From the NCBI GenBank assembly GCA_001600815.1, contig BCKZ01000040.1, forward strand, positions 62,001 through 96,504: 34,504 nucleotides of DNA, given 5' to 3'. Positions 1-12,055 of the stretch are shown here, piece by piece. The position numbers were made by a program, and so were the translations under genes. Within the stretch, counting starts at the first letter, position 1. Every line of letters starts with the position of its first letter. The notes under the pieces were generated by a model. That model was not told the origin of the DNA, made no database searches, and saw only the letters and a list, made by a program, of their open reading frames with translations. Source of the stretch: Alloascoidea hylecoeti (lineage: Eukaryota).

Positions 1-1733
1 GTAAAATTTATAATGTTGATGAAAATTCAATTGTTCGTCAACAATCATTACAAGATGTAAACAGAAGACTTGATGAATTAAATATTGTTATAAATAGTAC
101 ATGGACAGCACTTACAACAGAATTATATTTACTATGTGATCAAATATCAATATGGTCAGTCATTATTAAAAAGGAAAAATCAATTTTTGCAACACTTAAT
201 TTATTCATGTATGACCCAACACATCGAAGTTTAATTGCTGAAGGTTGGGTACCAACATATGATATACCATCACTTAAAAATTCAGTTAGAGATATTACAG
301 ATAGAGCTGGTATTCGAATACCTTCAGTTATTAATGAATTAGTTACAAATAGAACACCACCAACTTTTCATAGAACAAATAAATTTACATCTGCTTTTCA
401 AGCAATTTGTGATTCTTATGGTATATGTACTTATCAAGAAGTTAATCCTGGTTTAGCAACTATTATAACTTTTCCTTTTATGTTTGCAATTATGTTTGGT
501 GATATGGGCCATGGGTTTATATTATTTTTAGCTTCTTTAACAATGGTTTTATTTGAAAAAAAAATGGGTCTTATAACATTAGATGAAATTACTGGAATGG
601 CTTATTCAGGACGTTATATGTTATTATTAATGGGTTTATTTTCAATGTATACTGGTTTACTTTATAATGATATTTTTTCAAAATCAATGAATTTATTTAA
701 ATCTGGCTGGAAATGGCCAAATGAATGGGAAATTGGTGATACAATTTATGGTGAAAAAATTGGTGTTTATGCCTTTGGTTTAGATCCTTCTTGGCATGGA
801 ACTGAAAATAATTTAATTTTTACAAATTCTTATAAAATGAAATTATCAATTTTAATGGGGTTTGTTCATATGACTTATAGCTTATCATTTTCTTTTATTA
901 ATTATAAATTTTTTAAATCAAAAATTGATATTATTGGAAATTTTATACCAAGTATGTTATTTATGCAAAGTATATTTGGTTATTTATCAATAACAATTAT
1001 TTATAAATGGTGTGTTGATTGGATCAAAATTGAAAAACCTGCTCCTGGTTTATTAAATATGTTAATTAATATGTTTTTATCTCCTGGTTCAATTTCTGAT
1101 CAACTTTATCCTGGTCAAAAATTCATACAACAATTTTTAGTATTAATTGCTCTTATTTGTATACCATGGTTATTATTATTAAAACCTTTTTGGTTACGTC
1201 GAGAACATCAAAATAGTGATAGAACTGGTTATGCACATGTTGCTGATGATAGTGGTCTTGAAGAATTATTACTTGATGATCATGATAATGGTAGTGAATC
1301 TGGTCAAATGATAATTCAAGATGTTGAACAACCAAAGGAATTTGTTTTTGGAGATGTTATGATTCATCAAGTAATTCATACAATTGAATTTTGTTTAAAT
1401 TGTGTTTCACATACTGCATCTTATCTACGTCTTTGGGCTCTATCTTTAGCTCATGGTCAATTATCTTCTGTATTATGGACAATGACTATTGGGAATGCAT
1501 TTGGACCAACAGGTACAAAAGGTACCATCATTGTTGTATGCTTATTTGCAATGTGGTTTACATTAACTATTTGTATTTTGGTTGTTATGGAAGGAACTAG
1601 TGCAATGTTACATGCTTTAAGGCTTCATTGGGTTGAAGCAATGTCTAAATTTTTTGAAGGTGAAGGATATCCTTATGAACCATATTCATTTGAAAGTGTT
1701 TTAGAAAATGAATCCGACAATGATGGATTATAA
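1..1733 (+). CDS. VPH1: V-type H+-ATPase V0 subunit a (Vph1/Stv1 family), 5' end outside the window
   Basis: Frame is open from position 3 to TAA at 1733. Family motifs: [89 protein letters not shown]. Vph1 versus Stv1 cannot be resolved without the N-terminus. Confidence 0.95.
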   Translation, partial: KIYNVDENSIVRQQSLQDVNRRLDELNIVINSTWTALTTELYLLCDQISIWSVIIKKEKSIFATLNLFMYDPTHRSLIAEGWVPTYDIPSLKNSVRDITDRAGIRIPSVINELVTNRTPPTFHRTNKFTSAFQAICDSYGICTYQEVNPGLATIITFPFMFAIMFGDMGHGFILFLASLTMVLFEKKMGLITLDEITGMAYSGRYMLLLMGLFSMYTGLLYNDIFSKSMNLFKSGWKWPNEWEIGDTIYGEKIGVYAFGLDPSWHGTENNLIFTNSYKMKLSILMGFVHMTYSLSFSFINYKFFKSKIDIIGNFIPSMLFMQSIFGYLSITIIYKWCVDWIKIEKPAPGLLNMLINMFLSPGSISDQLYPGQKFIQQFLVLIALICIPWLLLLKPFWLRREHQNSDRTGYAHVADDSGLEELLLDDHDNGSESGQMIIQDVEQPKEFVFGDVMIHQVIHTIEFCLNCVSHTASYLRLWALSLAHGQLSSVLWTMTIGNAFGPTGTKGTIIVVCLFAMWFTLTICILVVMEGTSAMLHALRLHWVEAMSKFFEGEGYPYEPYSFESVLENESDNDGL

Positions 1734-2243
1734 TCACTTACCTATCTAAATGTTTTAATTCATATAAAGTGAATAAATGTTAGATTATTTAAATTTGGTA
1801 TTGATATCATCAGTTACTCTATTTTCTACTTCGCCATATTCTTATGATGTGGTTATTGGATAATTATGATACCAGTATTACTATTGAGTCTTATATATAA
1901 AAGTTTCTGTAACAAATACTGCTATAACTTATAATCTAAAATTTAAAGTATATATATAGATTTAATATCTCTATCTCATTCGACTTAACTTCTGCCATGT
2001 GATACATCAATATTCGGCTACGTATACCATAGTCGACTACATTTAGGTTTAGTGCACTTGTCAGTTTCAAACTTGCTTGCTAACTCAGTAAAATGTAAAA
2101 TTTAACAATATTAAACCTCCCATTACTGCAAAAGTTTCTTCGAATGAAGATGGCGAGTTAAAATACCTTGTGTGAATAATGATTTCTAAGTCATAAGTAA
2201 TCCAATATCTTATTTTTTCCATGTTAAAAAGCTCTAAATGAAC

Positions 2244-2582
2244 TCAAGTAAAGTAGTGATAAATTCTATATCCAATTTATAATAAATACATTTTTGACTG
2301 TTATCCAATTATTTAAGAATTGGATAACAGACGCTTAACCTTTTTAGTTCTTATGTCGAGTTTACCATCTTATTGAAAGATCAGTCATTTTTGGTTATAC
2401 GGTTGCAATATGGAAACAGAAACTATAACCAAATCAAGTATAAAGTTACAAAAAAAAAACAATATGTCTGTTACATTTGAGCTTTAAGAAATTTCTACTA
2501 ACATCTTATGTTTATACATAATATACAGCCAAGTAAATGATAAGTATTACTTTTTAGAAATATAGATTAATATTTACATAAG
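2244..2582 (+). repeat. Diverged dispersed repeat, copy A (solo-LTR or non-autonomous element-like)
   Basis: By-eye colinear similarity to the reverse complement of ~6990-7255. Shared blocks: gataaatt, atatccaatttataat, acattttt, attggataaca, cttaac, tgtcgagttta, atatggaa, gaaactat, aagtataaag, tgttac, tttaagaa, ttaatatttacat. Boundaries approximate. Confidence 0.75.
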
Positions 2583-3371
2583 TTTATATATGTATATTAG
2601 AATATAATAAGACTAATGATAAATATCAAGATAACATAAAGGTATGGAGAGCAGAATGTTAGGGGAAGGATTTCATATTGATTTGCTACATGTCGTATGT
2701 AGGGCAAAACGGCGGCACATAAACCATGGATCCACGATTAGCTAGGGCTCGCTACGGAATTAGAAATCTTAAATATTTTTGGCCTGTTCTGAGCTTGTAA
2801 ACTTGAAGCTTGTCAATGATACCCCTTTCGCTTGCCACGGCGAGCACTAATTTAGTTTAAGAATGATATCACGATTGAGAAATGGATATAAACTTAACGC
2901 CGCACACACAATCATGACAAATATTATATTGTCTCCGGAAACAATTGATCTTAGACTTACTTCATTTTCTGATGTGAAATTCGTTTGAAACAAGATTTGA
3001 ATTGTTTATTCTTCGCTATATTATTCATTAACTATGTTAACTTGAGATCCCAAAATTAAAAATTCACTTTCTTGCACCTATATATATAGCTAGAGCTTAG
3101 GAGTAGAACATAGAAAACACACATTAAAAAAAAAATAGTAAATTAAACTATAACTATACGGTTTTATATAAATATATACCCCAGCTATTGAAACTGTCAA
3201 TATTAACAAAAAATAATATTCTTATTTAAAATACCCAACTAAATCCTCATCAAACAACAAAAATAAAAAACTGTATAATCCAAAATACAAACGTTATAAA
3301 TAAAAATAAAAATAAAAATGTCATGAGCATCACCATTGTAAAAATTGTTTTTAAATTTCTCTAATTGAAAT

Positions 3372-4364
3372 TTAAGAATGAATAGAAATATTAAAACGCT
3401 TAGAGCCTGATTTTGAAGTAGATTTGGATTTAGGCCTTGAAGTGTTTTTTGAAGAAGTATTGTTTTTCAATATACTAGTTTTTGTAACAGGTTTAGAAAT
3501 AGATGTAATCACTTTTTTTTGAACTGGCTTAGGTGCCTGTTTAGTAATAGGTGCTGGTTTTGTAGCAAAATAGTCAGAGAAAAGTTGAGAAGCTGAAAAT
3601 AAAAAACCTTGGTTTTCAGCTGTGGCAGGAGCAGGAGCAGGAGCTGAAGGTGTTTTAGTTTTTGTTGCCTTTTCTGGTATGTGTGTAGCCTCTTTCTTGG
3701 ATATAGACTTATCTTTCTTAACAGTTGTAGTAGAAAGCCAACCACCTAAATTTTTCTTACCTCCTACCAGAATCTTCCACAAATTTTCAGTTTGTGCTTG
3801 TTTCTTCAAATCTCTGTCGGCTAACCGTTTCCTTTCCTTCTCCTTCCTTAACTTTTCTTTTTCCTTTCGCTCTTTTTCCTTTTCTTTTTCTTTTTCTCTT
3901 TTATCCTTTTCTTTTTCCTTTTCTTTTCTTTCTTTTTCTTTCTCTTTTTCTTTTCTCTCCTTTTCCTTCTCATTACTCTCTTTCTCCTTAAGCCTGAGCT
4001 TTTCTTTATCTCGTCTTAGCCTTTCCTTTTCTTTTTCCTTTTCAGATTTCTCTCTATCTTTTACTTTCTCTTCTTCTTTTTTTGCCTTTTCCTTTTCTTT
4101 CTTTGCATTTTCTTCTTCTTTTATTCTTTTGTCCTCTTCAGGTTTAGCCCCTGCAGCTCCAGCAGCCGCTGGGTAGTTTTGAACTATAGATCTTCCAACT
4201 TGTGCAACTGCTGGAGGTAGCATTGGAGCAACACATTCAAAAGCTGTCCCCATAAACATGGCACCCACTGCATTTGCTGTTTGTTGAGGAAGCACTTGAT
4301 TAGCAATGACAGTGCCAGCAACAGACAATAAAACACTAGTTACGGCTGTTCCAACGACTTCCAT
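3372..4364 (-). CDS. Hypothetical protein with hydrophobic N-terminus, long K/E/R charged tract and S/T/K-rich C-terminus
   Basis: 330-codon ATG-initiated ORF in AT-rich DNA. No family recognised. Confidence 0.7.
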   Translation of the reverse strand: MEVVGTAVTSVLLSVAGTVIANQVLPQQTANAVGAMFMGTAFECVAPMLPPAVAQVGRSIVQNYPAAAGAAGAKPEEDKRIKEEENAKKEKEKAKKEEEKVKDREKSEKEKEKERLRRDKEKLRLKEKESNEKEKERKEKEKEKERKEKEKEKDKREKEKEKEKERKEKEKLRKEKERKRLADRDLKKQAQTENLWKILVGGKKNLGGWLSTTTVKKDKSISKKEATHIPEKATKTKTPSAPAPAPATAENQGFLFSASQLFSDYFATKPAPITKQAPKPVQKKVITSISKPVTKTSILKNNTSSKNTSRPKSKSTSKSGSKRFNISIHS

Positions 4365-5562
4365 ATTGATTAAATTTGAAAGTTAATACTATAGGTAGTA
4401 TAAGTGAAGTTGTATAATTGTGAAAAAATGACCAGTAATAGTAATAGTAGTAATAGTAGTAGTAGAGTAGTAGTGATCTTGTATAAATGTAATATGTAGT
4501 GGTTGAAACCTTACAACATTTTTCATTCTGAAGGTGGAATATTTAGTCTATTTATACGACCCTTTTTCACGACATCACATAACATAACCTTGATGACGTT
4601 TTAAGTCTATAAATAGTTGCTATAGAAATGGTTTCAGTGTCATAAGGGATCTGGACAGCCTCGCTGCCTCAATATAGGGGCGGTTATATTTATCAGATTA
4701 AATATTAATTAATTCTGTCATAAAATATTATTTTTATCTGTATATTTGATTTATGAGTCATGGAGAAGTAAAAATACTAGTAGCACAAATATTTGTCACA
4801 TAAATTTGTAGTTGATAGTGTAAATGTCGTAAGTTGGAGTAACTGAATTACTTGATAAAAGATTATAATTATAATTATGATTATAAAGATGTGCACAGCG
4901 TTTCAAGTTAATTTCGATAATCGGATCAACATCTTTCGCTAGATTGAAGAGACAAATATATTTGTACATTTCAAAAGATATTAGTAAATGATATCATACA
5001 TTAAGCAGAACCGTTATACGAATAATCTGCTGTCATATGTTATGGTTATAGTCTCATTATAATTAGTAATTCTACCTGAGAGATAAATTATCGGAAATGA
5101 GGTGATGAGTGATCAGTTTGAATAATAATGATTTGGCACTGTGAGAGAGCTCGAGTGGCACTGCCTATGGGTATTTTATTATAATTAGAATATTATCGGG
5201 AGCTACTTCTGCTCAAAATTTGGTACCTTTGTGGATGGAAATATTCACAGAATGTAGAGTAGCGTTTGGAACAACGTGAAACGAAAGTTTCGGCGTTGGT
5301 TTTGATATTTTGTGTCACTTATTTGAATAATATTTTAGAAAAGTATTTTCATTTAATTTCGGCCACTTGGAAGACTAGGTATTCGGTAATCTGATGCACT
5401 AATGTTCATTTCGGCTCTCATGTTACTGGATCGGCGAATATTTAGCTCTCCAAATGGCCGAAATTAAATGAAAAGATTCTTAACAAATGTACGGATGTTA
5501 TATCATCTTGATTTTTATTAATAACTCTTTTGAAGAAAACATCATCTAGTTTCATAATTAGT

Positions 5563-6339
5563 ATGTTTAAAAAAAGAATAGTGAATTCTACATCTGCAAG
5601 AAGAAGGCGTAGTAACATATCAGATGAAGAAAAGAAAAACAGCAAAATTCAAATATCTAAAGAAACAACGTCACTAGTAACAAATGCAAAACCACGAGCA
5701 GAATTAGTAAAACAGAAGTTATTACCTCAAGAATCTGAATCTGAGTCTGAATCGGCATCGGAATCGGAAGATGAAGCACTTATAAATATACGGAGAAATA
5801 CAAAGAGAAATACGGGTGGAATATCTATGACATCAAAGAAAGATGTTAAAGTTGATGATGGAATTGTTAGTTATGATATATCCCATACAAATGTAACAAC
5901 AAATCAAACCGATGCAACAAAACAAAATCGATTATTTGAAGAAGCGATAGAAGAAGAAAGGAAAAGAAAAATTGAAGAAGAAACTAATCCAAATAATTTT
6001 TCAAAAAAGAAATCAAGAAGACCAATGAAGGCTGCACCAAATATAAGAAGTACAACTGCTTTTGATTATCAAGCTGATATTTGTAAAGATTATTTTCAAA
6101 CTGGTTATTGTGGGTTTGGAGATACTTGTAAATTTTTACATATTAGAGATAAATTTAAACCTGGTTGGCAACAAGAAAAAGAATGGGAAAAGGAACAATT
6201 GGATAAAAAAAATGGTGTAGGTGACCATCAAAAAGAAGAAGAGAAAGGTGATGATAGTAATAAAATCATTAAATCAGATAATATATTAAGAGAAATAAAA
6301 AAGAGGAAAAAACTGCAAACTATTTCTGATATACCATAA
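5563..6339 (+). CDS. CWC24: Pre-mRNA splicing factor Cwc24/RNF113 (CCCH zinc finger present, C-terminal RING absent)
   Basis: ATG at 5563 (MFKKR). Signature [50 protein letters not shown]. Confidence 0.9.
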   Translation: MFKKRIVNSTSARRRRSNISDEEKKNSKIQISKETTSLVTNAKPRAELVKQKLLPQESESESESASESEDEALINIRRNTKRNTGGISMTSKKDVKVDDGIVSYDISHTNVTTNQTDATKQNRLFEEAIEEERKRKIEEETNPNNFSKKKSRRPMKAAPNIRSTTAFDYQADICKDYFQTGYCGFGDTCKFLHIRDKFKPGWQQEKEWEKEQLDKKNGVGDHQKEEEKGDDSNKIIKSDNILREIKKRKKLQTISDIP

Positions 6340-6989
6340 ATACCAAAAAGTTGCAAAAATCTTACACCATTTAAACCACCTTTACTGTATAACGATCTTG
6401 CTAATTTTATTACCCGAAATTGAACGCTCTAGAGATAGTTATAATTGATGATGATGATACTTTACTATTTTTAAAATTTTAAAACGTAAAAGAAAAGTAG
6501 TATTTTATATTAGAACTAAAACTATTTTTCTTGTGATTGAATATTTGTACACATTAATATTAGTTCATTTCTACTTATTCAATATATTTACTAAGGGGTA
6601 AGGCCTACCTAACCAACAGATCGTAAGAAACTATTTATTCTGTGTATTATTTGGATTCCACAAGATATATAAGATTATGTTGCGATTAAATGATGTATAC
6701 TATGACTCTTCGTTCCAAAATTAAGTAAAGGAATCTAATTTTCCAGTAAATATTCTTTAGAAATATTGGCAAAAAAAATATTAAAGGACTCTCACATCTT
6801 TTTTCTTTTTGTCGTTTACACTTTTCACATTTCCATGATGATAAATAAGTGATTCTGGACAGGTTAAACAATTGCTGCCACAGTTCTGTTTATAATAAAT
6901 TTTGAGGCGATGGACTTACTAAATATAGTCCAATAGTTTCAACTAGTTTCTCTACTATACCTATAGCTATAGTGCTATAGATATGATAT

Positions 6990-7255
6990 CGATGTAAATA
7001 TTAACCAATTTTATAGATAATTCTTAAACGTGAAACGTAACAAATGAGTTCAGTTTTTATAGCTTTATACTTAGACTGGTTTAAATTCAGATTAAACATA
7101 ATAGTTTCGATTCCATATATAATGACCGAATGTTCAATAAACTCGACACCAAGACTGAAAAGTTAAGGGTCTTGTTATCCAATCCTTCAAGGCTATAACA
7201 GATAAAAATGTTATGATTATAAATTGGATATTACTTAATTTATCATCACTATTTG
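6990..7255 (-). repeat. Diverged dispersed repeat, copy B (inverted relative to copy A)
   Basis: Reverse complement aligns by eye with 2244-2582, with several indels. Confidence 0.75.
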
Positions 7256-7484
7256 AAATTACTGTATCTGGCGTTTAAAATCATTTTCAAATTAAATATA
7301 ACATTTTGTATTTTCGATTCTTTATTTCCAATTATTGTAGCAGATATCGATAGTTTCTGTTATTATAAGTAACATGTGCTACTGTATATCTCTTTTATTC
7401 TTCTTTTTATTTGTTTACATTTACATTAATATTCCAAGAATCCAAGTCCTTTACAAAAGAGGACGGGGACCAAAACCAAAAAAA

Positions 7485-8540
7485 ATGCAAGGCAACTATG
7501 CAACTCCTGTCGGCACTTGCCTTAATTGTAGGGTCAGTTTGGGTGCCAATTTTAATCACATGACAAATATTCAGAGGCCAAGTAAGCTAGGTATGCATCT
7601 TTGTAGACACTGTTTAATCAAAGAATGAGATCGTTATCGGAGCGGTAAAACTGGATTATCTGCCCAACAAGAAGAGGAACAGGAAGAAATGATGAGTAAA
7701 TATAACAAACATGCAGTAAAATTGTTACTGACATTATCATTTTTGAGGAAGGTTTTTCTATATTCAGATCTAAGGGAGGGGATACTTGGTCGGGTATGGT
7801 TAAGAGTTTAAAGACGCCAATATCTGTTCCCCAAGCACTACCCTAGTAAAATTGAAATTCAAGCTTTTTTTTTCGGCTACCCTTTTTTACAAAATCAGTA
7901 TTATTAAAGGAAGTATGGAAGAAGGGTGTGAGTAGTTGAAAGCACCTTATAAAATATTTAATAGATATATTCAATTTGGGTTCAGGGGTATCACCTTGGA
8001 AAGAACTACTATAGAGCTGACTCCGTTTCATACAGCTGTTCACACTCGATGGTGATAAAAAAAGTTAACTGCAGATATAAGCCATATTGTAACTTATAGT
8101 GGGTGAACTTTGAATGAGTAACTGACAAGCTATGTCATTGGTTTAGAAGAAGGACTAGAATTTACTAGGAGGCATCGTCTATTTGATTGTGGAGGAGCGC
8201 TTACATTACGATATATCCGTGCTCTCGATCATTTGGTTATCGATTATTTTCATACTCATGTTCATGAATACTCTTTTTCAGATAGGCTTCCTTAGGAGCG
8301 TACCTTTGATTGTGTTCAAAACTTGGGAAATGGGACAATAGAAATCCCATATTGATAATAATGTTAATATTGATGAAACTTTGAAGAACATACTGGAATT
8401 GAAGAAGGGCGTACCTATAATTCGACTCTGAATTTGAGAAATGAACCATCATAGATCCCTATGGATAACAATGTTAGCATTGATGAAAACTTGAGCGAGG
8501 GAGAAAATATTCACAATAAGATTAAAGGATTTCGTTAGGC
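7485..8540 (+). pseudogene. Probable decayed coding sequence (CxxC..CxxC N-terminus, 37-codon internal repeat)
   Basis: ATG 7485, CLNC...CRHC, in-frame TGA at 7626-7628, then 60 more open codons. A degenerate 111-bp duplication (8298-8384 vs 8409-8494) carries a stop and a frameshift. Confidence 0.4.
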
Positions 8541-9182
8541 TATATGGTTTCTCGAACGGAAGGGGGATGTTAGTTGTTTAAGGAGAGAGCTCTTAAGAAT
8601 GACTAGATTTTCTGTAAGGAATAGTATGGCTGTTGAAGAAGAGAGATAATGAGTTGTCAATTTCATTTCCTTTGCAAGAAATTAATCTTTAATGCAAGTT
8701 GGGTTCTATAGTACACTCCTAATCTCCACATGGTCACCTCGCTGTGAAACCCCAACCATCAATCATCAACAACACGAAATCAGATTTCTAAAGATATCAA
8801 CAGATACTTAGATAAATAATAAATATATATTATATGATCGTGTCAAATGAAAACGAATCTATATATCTTATACTATTAATATTTCACCTATTCATAATTC
8901 TAAAGTTTTCATATAATATGCTTTAAAATTTAAAACTACACTTCTAATACATGAAGTTCATGTTGTATAAACTGATCATAACTTTATATCAAGAAAGACT
9001 AACCAATACTTAAATATTATATTCATAAACTTGTCTATATTATGCATTTTGTAAATTTAAATTAATTATTTAATAACAGAAAAATTGGCCTAAACCACCA
9101 TAGACAAAGTTAATTTGAATCATAATATGATTGTAAAACTTTTTAATATTTTTTTTAATAATATACAATTAATAATGTTAAG

Positions 9183-9687
9183 TTATCGACGGATTAAAAT
9201 ATAAACATTTTCTTGTTTTAAATTTGATAATTTTCTATAACCACCTTCTAAACATAATAATAACCCACCGAATGAAACATAAACCGATCTACATATTAAA
9301 GAAAAAGAAAAGAGTCAGCGATGACATAAAAATAATAATTGATTCAATTGTAACTTACACTTTATCCCCAGCTGATTCTTCAAATTTGTAAACAGTTCCA
9401 TACATGACATAGTCATAATCATCAGCCAAGCTTCTATCATCAGCTTTTGGTGGTCTCCAACCAGTAGCTCCAGTAGTATCAACTTCACCATCCGATGACA
9501 AAGATTGTGTTAAAGTAACAGTTAATGTATCATTTTTTGCAACAGGGAATAACTCATTATTAATATCCAAAGTTAAATGAACATCTGAAGAGGAGCTTGA
9601 ATTTGCTGTTATACGAACAACCCTATCGTATCTACCTGGATCCAGTGTTTTAACTTTGAAAATATCATCGAACAATGTAGCAGACAT
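9183..9687 (-). CDS. RPB8: RNA polymerases I/II/III shared subunit Rpb8; exons 9687-9359 and 9288-9183
   Basis: [10 protein letters not shown]...[11 protein letters not shown]...[18 protein letters not shown]. Intron 9358-9289 (GTAAGT..GCTGAC..TAG) restores [34 protein letters not shown]. Confidence 0.97.
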
Positions 9688-9895
9688 AGTGTTAGATTTA
9701 TGGAATGAATGAAAGCTTCAAATGATTTTCTGTTGATGAATTTGGCGAAGATATAATTTTCAGATTGAAAAGAAAGTTACCCGGCTTATCTGAAAAATAT
9801 CATCCTACGCTAACTGTGTAATTAGACTATGTAGTTACTATATATTTGAGTAAGTCGTCCATACGTTTATTATATTCCTATCATACTTCTATTAT

Positions 9896-10585
9896 TTAGA
9901 CAGTAACAGGTTTTGACGTTGCAATGGTCCCACAATGTTTGCAGGTTCTTTTTTCTAAATCATCATCAAATTGTAGTATTGCTTCTTTAATTTGCGTGCC
10001 TAAATCAACAAGCTGAAAGAATTTCTCATAAACTATTTTTTGACAATCTTTGTTTGGACAATACCAACGGATTCCATCAAGCATCCCTTCTGGGCGATCT
10101 TGTTCTACTACAATGCCTATCGAATCTGCATACCTAACAGGATTATGTGGTGTATTTGCTAGATTATACCAATTAGTATAGAAAGAAATTGAGTACGAAA
10201 CACTTTAAATTTATACTTACGGGGAAGTAAAAACATTCCACCTTCTTCTATATGAATATCTTTGAATTCACCATCATCTACTACTCTTAATGTCATATAA
10301 CCTTTTATTTGATGAAACCACTCAGGTGTTTGATTTATGTGATAGTCTGTTCTTTCATTTGGACCTCCTACAATCTATAGATATATATTCATTGTTAGAT
10401 ATTTGTAACCATGATTTTATTCATTTATATGCGGATCATCATATGCCGATCAACCAATCTATAAAGTATGATCTTACCATTATTGTAAAGCCACCCCGTT
10501 GAAGACAGTAGTTATTAACAGGTGGTTGTAAGAGATGTTGATTTTCTTTAAGCCATTTAGACAAGTTAATTGGAGTTGCAAGCAT
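9896..10585 (-). CDS. BNA1: 3-hydroxyanthranilate 3,4-dioxygenase; exons 10585-10478, 10374-10221, 10158-9896
   Basis: Spliced product: [25 protein letters not shown]...[26 protein letters not shown]...[27 protein letters not shown]...WYCPNKDC...RTCKHCG. Introns GTAAGA..TAG and GTAAGT..TAG. Confidence 0.96.
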
Positions 10586-10667
10586 TATTGTAGAGATTAA
10601 AGTATTTGGGATCTTTCAATTAAAAAACTAAAAAAAACTAAAATATATTGCGAATCAACCGTTCACG

Positions 10668-10675
10668 GTCACGTG
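10668..10675. promoter_or_regulatory. GTCACGTG E-box (Cbf1-type) in the 140-bp divergent promoter of BNA1 and the hypothetical gene
   Basis: Exact RTCACGTG. CACGTG also occurs shortly upstream of MTR3 (within 14742-14751), the snoRNA host (within 16432-16441), MTP18 (19770) and MRPL37 (21335). Confidence 0.55.
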
Positions 10676-10725
10676 GTCACCTTTTATACCAGAGAATATT
10701 AATACTTTTGATAACATCTAAAGCA

Positions 10726-11207
10726 ATGGACTCATCAAGGGGTAAAAAATACAAACTTTCTTGTTATAAGCTAATTTAAATTAACATTTATGATATTTAG
10801 TTCATCCTGTGTTATCACAAATCCCTTTAATTATTTCCCCTTTTTATCATCCTCCGAAAGCAATCACATTACCATACAATTACTCTTCTTTACCAAAATC
10901 ACTTCCAAAAGAAGCCGTTTCGAATGAGGATATAGATGCATGGGTATCAGAAGTAAATTATCTTAAAAAGAATATCATCGGAATAGAGGAGAAAAGAGAA
11001 GCAACATATAAGGGATGGGAGGAAAATGTTGCGAGGAGAGTGGCACCTGGTTATCTAGGTCATGAAGGATCGGTGCTGACACCACTAAAACCTAGCACTT
11101 CAGATTCAAATTCAAATGAAGATCAGAGCAAAAATATAGTTACAACTAAAAATGATGATCAAGAGCTGTCTGAAATCGATAAAGTCTTTGGAAAGGTTGT
11201 AATCTAG
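10726..11207 (+). CDS. Small hypothetical fungal protein; exons 10726-10741 and 10801-11207
   Basis: ATG 10726. Intron 10742-10800 (GTAAAA..GCTAAT..TAG) joins in frame: MDSSRVHPVLSQIPLIISPF...RRVAPGYLG...IDKVFGKVVI. Function not recognised. Confidence 0.7.
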
Positions 11208-11245
11208 ATTTAATATTTATTTATTCATTTATTTATAACGTATAA

Positions 11246-12055
11246 TTACCCAATCATACTTCTTTTCCTACCTCTCATTCTGACGTCTGCTAATCTTTTT
11301 AATATTTCGTTTGCCTTCTTAGTCCCAAGCTTACCAATACTAGAATGTTCTTGGGTATAACCTTCTAATATCCATTCATTATATTGTTCAGAATTAGTTG
11401 GATGGGTGCTAATTAAAGCTCTTTCTAAAACATATAAATCAACAGCTTTATCTTCAGGTAAAGTTGAAGTTGAACCAAGACCAAAGTCAATTAAAACAGG
11501 AATAATTTTTTCATCATTGTTATTTTGTTTAATTAATATATTCGAAGTTGTTAAATCACCATGAACTATATCACAAAGATGTAATTTACCAATTTCTTTC
11601 CCGATATCAATTAATATTCGTTTAACTTCTTCTGATTCAGCATATTCAATACCTTTTTGTTCTTGATCCCATAGATAATTTTTGATCATACCATTAAACT
11701 CGTTATTTTCACCACGTTTATTTATGTTATCACCCACGTATTCCATCCAAATTATTCCATTTTTCGGATCAACGAAGATTAAAGATGGGACACTGACACC
11801 CGAGGTTGTTAATTTATGTAAGATCCTCGATTCGGATAGTGTTCGATGTTTAGTCAATTGAGCATCTAATATTGGATGTCTATATGGTTTTGGAGGTCTA
11901 TATTTAACGATATACCGGACCACGTTGTCTTCGGATGGTAGATATGGATGAACTGTTGTAGTGAAGACCACTGCTTCTGCACCCTGGGAGATTTTCTTCA
12001 ATGGGATATTTGGCAGTAGTTGGTGAGCATTTTCTATGATATCTTCAAGAGTCAT
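11246..12055 (-). CDS. BUD32: EKC/KEOPS complex kinase Bud32
   Basis: SQGAEA, KYRPPKPYRHPILD, HGDLTTSN, LIDFGL, EDKAVDLYVLERA, and C-terminal VRMRGRKRSMIG. Confidence 0.97.
   Translation of the reverse strand: MTLEDIIENAHQLLPNIPLKKISQGAEAVVFTTTVHPYLPSEDNVVRYIVKYRPPKPYRHPILDAQLTKHRTLSESRILHKLTTSGVSVPSLIFVDPKNGIIWMEYVGDNINKRGENNEFNGMIKNYLWDQEQKGIEYAESEEVKRILIDIGKEIGKLHLCDIVHGDLTTSNILIKQNNNDEKIIPVLIDFGLGSTSTLPEDKAVDLYVLERALISTHPTNSEQYNEWILEGYTQEHSSIGKLGTKKANEILKRLADVRMRGRKRSMIG

Noticed and set aside
1153..1600. Short ORFs inside the V-ATPase gene
   Set aside because: Shadow frames of a well-supported CDS.
2640..2940. GC-richer patch with three TAGGG motifs, possible ncRNA or telomere-like sequence
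   Set aside because: No tandem periodicity, box motifs or recognisable fold could be supported.
3509..4176. ORFs 3622-4176 (+, poly-SF), 3794-3991 and 3509-3745
   Set aside because: Antisense or alternate-frame shadows of the K/E-rich low-complexity gene.
10290..10502. 70-aa plus-strand ORF; likewise 14583-14816, 18213-18500, 24891-25076, 26308-26499, 27361-27615 and 27711-27902
   Set aside because: Antisense to real spliced genes or short AT-rich chance ORFs with no recognisable motifs.
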